From Schizochytrium sp. TIO01 (lineage: Eukaryota > Protista > Bigyra: Labyrinthulomycetes): a stretch of 64,000 bases of DNA. The translations under genes and the position numbers were made by a program. Shown here one piece after another: positions 32,984 to 42,305 of the stretch (position 1 is its first letter; every line of letters begins with the position of its first letter). The stretch is taken from NCBI GenBank assembly GCA_004764695.1, contig SMSO01000037.1:3200747-3264746 (forward strand). The letters run 5' to 3'. The notes beneath the pieces are model-generated. The model was not told the DNA's origin, ran no database searches, and saw only the letters and a program-made list of their open reading frames with translations.

Positions 32984-34960
32984 ATGAAAGCAGAAGCCTT
33001 CGTCTGGACTTTGCTGATTTCTGTATTTGGGCCTGTGGTTACGGTTGCAGAGCCAGAGTTTGTTGACAAGATACCCAATGGCAGAAACGTGCGAGCAGCA
33101 GATGGCAGTGCATGGCCTGCAGTTGGTCACGCCGAGGCCCTTGGAGGAGGTGAGCATCGAAACCCATTCGGCAATGACTTTGATGACGCAGGTAAAATAT
33201 GGACCAAGCTTCTCTGTGAAATGGATAGTGATGGTGATGGGCGTAGTAATGGGGTAGAACTCGGAGACCCCTACTGTGAGTGGATGGAAGGAGATACTCC
33301 ATTTCTAACGAGTGGAATTACGAATCCAGGAGTTGCAAATGCATTCGCTGAAGCTTCCTCATACTGTACTAATTATGAAGAACCCTCCGGAACTCTTCTG
33401 TTGAATGTAACTATGCCGAACTTTACAGTGCCCGGTGGTGCTTCGCCGAGCATTCGATACTTGTTCGATGAGCTCCCCTCAGGAACAAACTACATTACTC
33501 GAATTTCCGCCTTGGTAGATCAAATTGAGATTGTCCTAAGCATGCGAATTTATGTCTGCGAGGATACCTTTGCGATTCGTAATAGTCTGTCATCGCCTGT
33601 GCAGGTAGATACCCTCGAAGGTTGTGGCAGTACGCAACTCATTTATTCATGGGCTATTGGAGGCAGTAGCTTTTGTATGCCGTCTGAAGTTGGCTTAGAA
33701 TTCAACGGTACTGAACACGTTTTTGTTCTTGAGATTGACTACGACAACCCATATGGACGCTCTAGTAAAGTAGACTCGTCCGGTCTAAGTTTGTACTATT
33801 CTCAGTCTAGTGACGTCGACAGTTCTTTTCAGCCAGCAGCTTGGGGCTACCTTGCAGTAGACGAAAACGCGCTCTCGATTCCACCACAGGCATCAGAGTA
33901 TGAAGTTACAGTTTCAGAAATACTGCCAGACTCTATCTCTAATTCGGGTGTACAAGTCATCGCTGTTATGAACAATGCCAATTCTTTGGCCACTAAAATC
34001 TGGACTAGTGTGACTCCTGCGAACTCGTCTTCCAATTCTTTCCTGTCGTCCTGCTCATCAAATTACGTTGCGTACCTCCTACAAACTGAGGTAGTGGACA
34101 CTGAGATAACATTAGATGCTGGTGATCGACTCAATCTTCATTGTCAGTACAACTCTGCAAGCGAAAGCTCTACGATTGTGGGGGGCGAGGGAAGTTCCAA
34201 CGAGCGTTGCGTGGGCATGTTTTTATACTATCCAAGCACAGGGTTATCTTTACAAATTACTTCAAGTGATATTGCAGATTCATCCGGAGCTTTAGAATTA
34301 AGCTATGACTCTCAGCTCTCATGCGGAAGTGGTCCTGTTTTTGCAGCCAGCTTCAGTTCTTGGATTTCTGGTGCCCCATGGCAACTCGGTTTGCACGCTA
34401 TGATGATGTTTGTAGCTTGGATTCTACTTGTACCTGGTGCAACTCTCATGCCTGTAATTCTTAAACCTCTGAAAGGAAAAACATGGTTCGTGAGCCATCG
34501 ATTCACTGCTCTCCTCGCAGTTTTCCTAACTTTGATCGGGTTCCTTGTTATTGTTGTCTATAAAGCTGGTGCGAATTTCGAGACTACCCATGGAATGTCA
34601 GGTCTCGCAGTTCTTGTTCTTGTTCTTATGCACATTGTACTAGCTCTACTCCGCCCTCACCCTGGCGAGCGCTACCGCAATACTTGGGAATGGGCTCACC
34701 ACCTTCTCGGACGCACTTTAATGATTCTTGGGCTCGTTACTGTTGTTCTGGGCATTGAGGAGTTCGAACTTTTCAATATGCCCAGTGATTCAGATGATTC
34801 ATTAAAGATAGCGAGCGTTGTTATTTCAGCGAGCGCCATCGCAGTGTCGCTTGTAGCACTAGGAAAACGAATTTGGGCAAGTATTAGAGGAACTAGTGAG
34901 TCGCTTCAGCAGACTCCTGCTAGTAATCACGCGGACAAAACACAGATTGGCCATACATAA
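32984..34960 (+). CDS. Secreted/membrane fusion: temptin-like domain + degenerate copper type II (DBH/MOXD1-like) monooxygenase domains + cytochrome b561
   Basis: Signal peptide; temptin motifs IPNG...W..VGH...GGG..RNPFG.DF...WT..LC..DSDGDG..NG.ELGDP.C.W; DBH scaffold WAIGG, Y.NP, DSSG, IPP, GD.L...C.YNS, YYP; b561 motifs LHAMMMFVAW, WFVSHR, THGMSGL, WAHHLLGR. Confidence 0.88.
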   Translation: MKAEAFVWTLLISVFGPVVTVAEPEFVDKIPNGRNVRAADGSAWPAVGHAEALGGGEHRNPFGNDFDDAGKIWTKLLCEMDSDGDGRSNGVELGDPYCEWMEGDTPFLTSGITNPGVANAFAEASSYCTNYEEPSGTLLLNVTMPNFTVPGGASPSIRYLFDELPSGTNYITRISALVDQIEIVLSMRIYVCEDTFAIRNSLSSPVQVDTLEGCGSTQLIYSWAIGGSSFCMPSEVGLEFNGTEHVFVLEIDYDNPYGRSSKVDSSGLSLYYSQSSDVDSSFQPAAWGYLAVDENALSIPPQASEYEVTVSEILPDSISNSGVQVIAVMNNANSLATKIWTSVTPANSSSNSFLSSCSSNYVAYLLQTEVVDTEITLDAGDRLNLHCQYNSASESSTIVGGEGSSNERCVGMFLYYPSTGLSLQITSSDIADSSGALELSYDSQLSCGSGPVFAASFSSWISGAPWQLGLHAMMMFVAWILLVPGATLMPVILKPLKGKTWFVSHRFTALLAVFLTLIGFLVIVVYKAGANFETTHGMSGLAVLVLVLMHIVLALLRPHPGERYRNTWEWAHHLLGRTLMILGLVTVVLGIEEFELFNMPSDSDDSLKIASVVISASAIAVSLVALGKRIWASIRGTSESLQQTPASNHADKTQIGHT

Positions 34961-35694
34961 CTTCAAGAACTTTCTTTGTTTGGTGTTCAAGGTCATAACA
35001 AATATCGAAACAAGGCTATTGCGAGAGACAGAGAAACTTTAACTAACTATAAAATATCTTCGGTCCTGTATTCAGCACTGTTTGCTCTAATTGGTCAACC
35101 CGAACTCAAAACATATGAAAAGAAATGTATATATATATGTTTATTTATTTTTTTAATGCTACTCCATTTGTGTTTCCATACATCAGGACGTCCAGCGTAC
35201 TATAACCTTATAGTCGAAGAGTCTTGTGCAATGAATCTTCACAACTCTGGCGTTTCTTCTTGGCGTATATACTTGACATTTTCCAGAAATGTATAGTTTT
35301 TCCCAATTCTCCCCGCTGGAAAGGCGCAACGATCATACATTGAAAGGATGGTTGAATGCCGCGACCTCTCCTAGAAATGAAGATTAAGGCATTGCTGGTG
35401 CTAGAAAAAACATGCGATTTTGCTTTCCAGGAACGCCCACCAGAAGAAGATGGCAAAGGATGACAACTCTAGATAAAGAATATAGATTTAACAAAATCAC
35501 AAGAGAAGAAATAAAAGAATATACTTTAGATGATATTGCTAACATTAGTGCGCAGTACTAATTTGTTCAAAATACATAGGAGTCACTTATCTATATATCT
35601 TTAAATTCAATACCGGCATTCCATTCGCCTTGAAAGTCTCACACCAAAGGGTCAAACAAAGATTAAAAATATCAATGGAGAGCGTAACGTGGAG

Positions 35695-38666
35695 CTAGGT
35701 AGGCACCCTAGATTTGAAGATTTGGTACCTGCGAATTGAACTAAGTTGGTCAATGTGCTGAAGATGTTTGGCAACCAAGGCTTTTTGTAGCTCTTTCTCT
35801 GTTGGAGTGCTCGGCAAACTGGAAAGACGAGGAGAGCTTCGGCGTAAGATCTTGCGTTCTCTGTACATAAGTACCGCGCATGCACGCCCCTTCAGCATAA
35901 TGTTAATGAATGTTTTGAATGTCAGCAAACAGCCATATGTAAGCAACACAAAGAGTACATTGGGCACTGTGAACGGGTTTTCACGAAGGTCGTACGGCAT
36001 GTTCACGAATGCAAAGCGCAGGACAATGCACGTGAGTGGCAATGTAGCGAGACCAATGCGTTGAGCTACAGCTTGAGTAGCATCCACGGGTCGACCACCA
36101 AGGCGCTGGCTTGTGGCATACGGGTGTTTATGGTTCCCGACAGGGGCAATATCTCGGCACAGTGCTTCAAGAAAGTTTCCGTAGCAAGAAAAGTGGATCC
36201 GGTTGAACTTGGTGATAAAAGCGTGCTTGACCCAATCAACAAGAAATTCGCAGACGAAAACATACATGGCACTACTGTAAAGAAACTCTAGCCAAGTGTC
36301 TGAGCTTTGAAGTCCAGTAAGCAAAAGAAAGACGAAAAGCTCGAATCTTTCAACCATATCACTGCAGGTAATTTGGAAAAGGTTTTGTTCAGCAAAGCGT
36401 TTGAAGACTGAACCTTTAAGTTCCACAAAGTTATTGGAAATTAGTATTGTCATCAGGGCATTGCTTGTGGAGTTAATTGCAGCATTAAGGGTAATCAATC
36501 TTACAAAGTAGAGCAATGCGTGTAAAGTGACGTAACATGTTCCAAGGATAAAACGGAAGAAAATTGGTCCATACGCGCGCGGTGAAGTTTTAGTCATGTA
36601 GAACAATGAGTCCATGATGTCCTGGCCAAAAGAACACATGAGGCGGTCAAAGATATCAAGCATGTTGAAAATCACATAGAGCTTAATGAACGCCTGCCCA
36701 CGCACATAGTGGTAAATGCGGGACATGTGGACCTGCAGTAATGCATAAAAGGCAATTGCAATGATGCTAGCGCGCAAGAGGTCATAGAGTTGAGTGCGGT
36801 GAAACTTGAATTTGCTACCATACTTGCTAGGAAGCACTAATGTACAGACCAACAGAAAGGCTGCCCGCACTACGCGTAAGGGGAGGTAGACTAGCATAAA
36901 CAATAGAGAGTCACAACACAGGAAAAACCGAAGATTAGAAGTTTCTCCACTTCAAGGGGAACACGAATGAAGTTAAACACATCATCTTCTACAGATGCAT
37001 TTTTGGCACTAAAAGCCTGCTCCTCCTCTGTTTCAAAGCCCAAATCCTGCCAAACCCAGTCGAAAAACCTGACAGAGTTGTTAGTGTCCAAGTCTTCATT
37101 TGGATCATCTTCCTTGACGAAGTATCGAATAAAATCGTCCTCCGGAAGTGCAGCAGCAGCAGCAGCTGCAGCTTCATCCTCTGGAAGCCCATCTGCTTCA
37201 GCATCCGCGCCCCCAAGAATTCCGCTTGAGGCCACAGCAGCTGCTCCAGACTGTGACAGAACATCGGCAGAAGCCATCGCAAGGCCAGCACTACTTCCTC
37301 CTATAGATGACCCTAGCGCACTAAAGCGCTCCATTGTCGAATCCGCGCGCGTGTAACGAGCAGTTGGGGTACCAGCTCCTGGTACAGCGCTTGCCGGCAA
37401 AAGACCATTGCTCGTAGCAGGTGGTGATACACTCGTCACAGAGATCTTATCAGGAATACGCAAAGATGCAGTGACACCTGATACAGAAGAATTGACTATT
37501 TCCTCGGCGCCACGCTCAGAGACTTGCGAGCTTGGGTGACTGCGAAGAGCGTGTCCTGTCGAAGGTGAGCCATTCATCCCATCGTTTGGTGAGCCAATTG
37601 GTGACCCATTCGCTGACCCATTTGTTGCCGAACGATCACTAGAATCAGCATCTTGACTATGAGCTAAGACGCGACCCACAGGGCTCGCTCTCGACCTCCG
37701 TGGGAGCGATCCCCGAAACCCGGATCCGCCAACAAATGGGGGCGTTGGGTTTCTCTCTACCTCCTCATAAGCGGGCGAAGGAGAACACCTTGAAGAGAGA
37801 ATACTGTTTGATGACTGCGAACGTGGGCGTCCTCCGAGTCTTGCCATAGCTGGGTCAAAACCAGTGAATCCAAACCCTGGACTCTGCGGGGTTTGCGGGT
37901 GCGAAGAGTGTAGCTGCTGAGCATTTCCATGCGCTATCGATGGTGGGGAAGAAGTCCCGGGTTGAACAAAACGAGATGCCATGGATACTGGAGAAGTTAA
38001 GGGTTTCACTTGCGATGGGTCTATTTGCGATGTCGCTGATGCTGTTGTGGAGTCCTTACTCTCGGACCTGGAAATTGCGGGGAGCTCAGGGATCTCCAGC
38101 AAGCCCACTTCTCCCGCACTAGCAATACTTCCCACAAACTCACTGCTCAAAGAATTTCCTGCCTTCGATTCCAAAGGTGTGCGGGCTTCTGGTGTGAGTC
38201 CTTGCAGCTTGTTACTTGCTGCGGCAGCTTTGTGCTTCTGTATGGGCGTACTGGGAAGCTGTTTCTTGCTGTTCTCAGCTTCAGCATTTTCATGCTGGGT
38301 GTTCACCTTCAGAGAGCTCATAGCTGCATGTCCATTTCCATTCGTTTGGAAGTTCGATGCTGAGCTTGCGAATTTCACATCTCCCTGGCTATCATCTTCT
38401 TCGTAATGGTCATTTTCGTCCTCGTCAAGGCCAAGATCTTCGGCATCATTGTCTATATTCTCGCCGAGGGTTTCTGAGTTTGCAAGTGTTGCTTTGGTGT
38501 CCGGTTTCTGCATTTTATCTTCTTCTGCATCCCCAGAACCTTCGTTCGCCTCGACCTCTCCACTGCTCGGATTCGAGGTGTCGTTGTCCAGGTCAGCGTT
38601 AGCGTCCTGGTTCACGGCCGCCATCTGGCGCTTTTGCCTGCGTTTCTTAGCGGACCCGCGTGCCAT
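35695..38666 (-). CDS. TAPT1: TAPT1/EMP65/POD1 family ER membrane protein (DUF747); 1-nt frameshift at 36923-36927
   Basis: VPLEVEKLLIFG, SRIYHYVRGQAFIKLYVIFNMLDIFDRLMCSFGQD, SNNFVELKGSVFKRF, VDWVKHAFITKFN. Adding one T to a T5 run joins the two ORFs (GFFLCCDSLLFML). Confidence 0.9.
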
Positions 38667-39037
38667 GACCGGCGCACGGTCCCTTGCAGGTAAGTGCTGC
38701 CTCTATCAAGGCCTTTTCGCAACCCAGAGGCGCCTCGAGCCGCCCAGATGACGCCTGGAGCAGCGTTGCTTCTTGGATTGAAAATTGTTGTGGCCTCTCC
38801 AAGTCTGCTACAAAGTGTTTTAACAACCATGCCAAAATACTAACAATACTCTAACAATAAAGACAATCTTGAACCTGAAGACGAGACAAAAAAATTATTA
38901 AAAACAAGGACTTCTTCAGAACACGGGTGATTATGGAAACCCATAAGTAACTACTTCGTCGGTACATTTTGATCAACAACTTTGTGGTCTGCCGGCGATT
39001 GCCATCAGCAATGAAAGCAGGATGATCAAGAGCCAAA

Positions 39038-39047
39038 ATGACGTCAT
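39038..39047. promoter_or_regulatory. Perfect CRE/bZIP-type palindrome ATGACGTCAT in the TAPT1/LSM12 divergent promoter
   Basis: 10-bp palindrome roughly midway between the two start codons. Confidence 0.35.
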
Positions 39048-39347
39048 GGTAAAAGAGGCAAAAGACCCAAGTGAACTGCAGTGCCAGTATGGCGGCTGCC
39101 TAGAGTAGGTAATGTTGTTGGTGCCAAAGTAGAGCTTTGGGGTGCATCAAAGTGAAACAAAGTTCGCACAAGTGGGGTTTAGAAGCTATAACCTATTTGC
39201 GAAATAAGAGAAGTGAACTTTGGAATGAATGAGAAGGATATCAAATCAGTGAATGAACGAGTAAATCAGTTTGTCAAGAGCAATACCGTGCAGAAACTGA
39301 ATCGCTGTGTTGCCCGCGATCGAATCCGGTGTCACCCGCTTTGAGAG

Positions 39348-40300
39348 ATGGCGGCTGCACAGCTTGAGGTTGGTCAAGAGGTCCGCCTGCACGTGCGTGA
39401 GGGACCCACTGTGCACGGCTTCGTCTTCTGCTGTGACCCGGACAGCGACCTCGTCATCATTGGTACGTGAGCCGAAACACCTGAACCTTAGGCAGACTAC
39501 TCTCTTGGGAACGGAGGTATCGATGGAGGACCTGGTGTAAGATAGAATGTTTAGGAAGACAGAGTCTCTGGTGTGAAAGGAGTTGGAATGTGATAAATTG
39601 CCAAGAAAATAATGCGATGCAATCTTATAAATGTGATTACCTTGTTCTTGCAAATGAAATGCAAATGGTGTTGTGCGATCTAAACGTTGACAACTAATAT
39701 ATATATATATGACTGTGATGATGATGGGCATGGATGCTTCTAATTTCTATGCGTGATAATGCGATTCGGGTTGGACAAAATGGTGCTTGATGATCTCTTG
39801 TTCTTCATGCAACGATTGAAATTTATAGAGGAACCACACCCGCAGAGCACCCTGAAACAGGATGTCAGACTCATCAAGTTGAGCCTTGTTGAAAAAGTAG
39901 AGGTAAGTACTCCAAGAAAGGTCCTGTGATGCAATGAAAAAAATAGTATATCTAACAGCAGTGTGGTATTGTCAATCAACAGAAGCTTCAAGGCTCGCGT
40001 GCTGTAGAGGCCGTGCCTGCTCTGTCAGGTGATGTAGTCCGGCGTCGTCTGCAGGAGGGCCTTGATAAGGCAGCGAAGGTTGAGCAGCGCACTGGCAAGG
40101 GCGTGAGCGACCAGGCTCAACGCCTTTTCAACGCTCTGGACAAGACTTATAGCCTGCGCTGGGATGGCCCCAACATTGTGTCTGAACTTGGCATTGTTAT
40201 CAAACCGCCCTATACCGCTGACTCTTGCACTGGTAAAGATGCTGCGGCATTGAGCCGCTTCAAGAAGATTGTAGAATCTATCAACCAGCGCTCCCGTTAA
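39348..40300 (+). CDS. LSM12: LSM12 (Lsm domain plus AD domain); exons 39348-39462, 39829-39902, 39983-40300
   Basis: Spliced product MAAAQLEVGQEVRLHVREGPTVHGFVFCCDPDSDLVII|EEPHPQ...DVRLIKLSLVEKVE|KLQG...GVSDQAQRLFNALDKTY..RWDG..I......IKPPY; both introns are GT-AG with matching phases. Confidence 0.88.
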
Positions 40301-40472
40301 ACTAATCATAATATATTCAATTGTTCATTCGGAAACCAATATCAACCCTCTCCTTTTCTTTTCTCCCCAAATATAAATATAGCACAGCAAACATTACATA
40401 GGCTATTGCATGTAAAGCCAATTTACGTCTTTGGAGCGCAGCCGAAAGATGAGTTGAAATAGCTAATCACTA

Positions 40473-41667
40473 TCATACGAAAGCAATGCGAGGAAGAAAA
40501 TTGAGCCAACTTCCCGGAAGTGAATCTAATTCTTCACAAAGGGATGCAAATGAGTTGGCCTTCAGACTGAATGCCTCATCCCGATTTGTTCGACAATCAA
40601 GAACATGTACAGGACAGGCATTACCTCGGATTTTTAAGTCCTTCAATAAGAAATCTGGGCGAATAGCCAAATCAGAAGGTGTATTAACTGGAGCACCTTG
40701 ATGACAGTGCAACAGACTCAAGACTCTCGTCTGTGGGCACTCCCGATGTATACGGGTCTGTTGAACAAATTGCCGAGCAACTTTCTTTTGAACGAGACCT
40801 CGCTGATGCTCACTCAATCGTACTACCTCAGAAACACCAGAATCCATGTTGTCGTCATTATTGCTCTTGTGTGAGGGTCGAAAGCGTATCAAGTAGACCT
40901 CGAGCGGCGATGCGAGTGATTGGCCGAAAATAAAGAGTGCTGCGTCGATTGAAGAGGTCTCCAAAATTTTTCCAACACTTCTATCATGTCGATCTAGTGT
41001 TTGGATTAGTCGATTGGCTCGGCGTTGTTGTCTCAACGCATCTCCTCGCACTCTCACACCTTCACCACTAGTCATTGACTCGGCTGATTGTCGAAGCTCT
41101 GATACCATGCTATTTTTACGACATCTCACAATAAATGTTAGTTTTTGCCAAAAATCTAATAAACCCGTTCAAGTCTTGAATACTATTCCATTGGTTGACC
41201 CATAAAAAAGGCTACATTTTCAAACATACGTACCTAGGAACTTGCCCACGCACAAACATAAGGTATTCGAGTGCGAAAGAGATTATCGTATGAATTATGT
41301 CAGAAACTAGTTCTGATTTGAAAGGGACATCAACAATTTGCGTATCGTGCATTGGTAGGTGATGCTTTTTGCGGAGCTCTGCTATCGCTCGAGACTCCTT
41401 GCGTCTTTGATCTGCCCGGACGCGTGCCTCGAGTCTCTTGTGTCTAGCTCGTTCTGACGGTACAGTTTCGCTTTTGGTTTTGGGCTCCTGCTCTCCCTGC
41501 TCAACCGTTTTCACTTCTTCATTTACCATCTGGGCACCCTGGATGGGGATTGTTCTTTCTTCGTTGCAAGCCCTCTGGGTTGAGCTTCGTGCTTCGAGCT
41601 TGGTTGAACCTGAAGTCAGCCTCGGTCGTTTTCTCGGCATGAATGCTTGAATATCTTCTTTCCTCAT
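40473..41667 (-). CDS. p31comet/MAD2L1BP-like HORMA-fold protein; exons 41667-41234 and 41109-40473
   Basis: LEYLMFVRGQVP and ALFIFGQSLASPLEVY resemble p31comet motifs. Intron GTACGT 41233..TAG 41110 with a CTAAC branch site keeps the frame. Confidence 0.65.
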
Positions 41668-42305
41668 TGTGATTTTGGCAAGCTGTGCTTAAAACCAAAC
41701 GAAAGGAAAGTACTTGAATATTGTTCCAAAAGTTCAAGTTCCTTAAGGCGCTCTTCATTCTTTGTTGAGAATTTCTGCATTAGGGGTTTAAGTCGAGGCA
41801 AAGGTGCCAAGAAAGCTGTTTCGAGCCCGTGTGCAGCCTATCTGAGTATTTTCTCGAGACTTGAACGATTCTAAGACTGAAATAAATTTGTGTGGAGCCC
41901 TGAAAAGCAAAGCTTAAAGATAGAATTGTATCTCGGCCAGGCTCTTATTATTTGGGAGTAAAAAAACAATTTAGATCCGGTGAGTGAAGTTAAGGTGTGC
42001 AAGGAGGGAACCACTTTTTTAAAAAGTAGAGAACGAATCAGGGATGAAATAAAGAAAGAATATAAGGTGCATTTTAGTAGCTGCTTGTTTTCATTGCGTA
42101 TGGTTTGTTTTCAGTTTGTTTATAGAACGAGATCGTGGCACGAGGTAGCACATCCTTCTGGTTTGCAGATTGTCGAGTCCTGAAATATAAAAAGCTGGCC
42201 AGCATAAATCTGCAATGTCAAGCCAAGAGCTGCTCAGAAATAGCTAACGAGGCCCGTAAAGAAGATATCATTACGGTCTGTTCGAAATCTGGAAACTCTA
42301 GCTTT

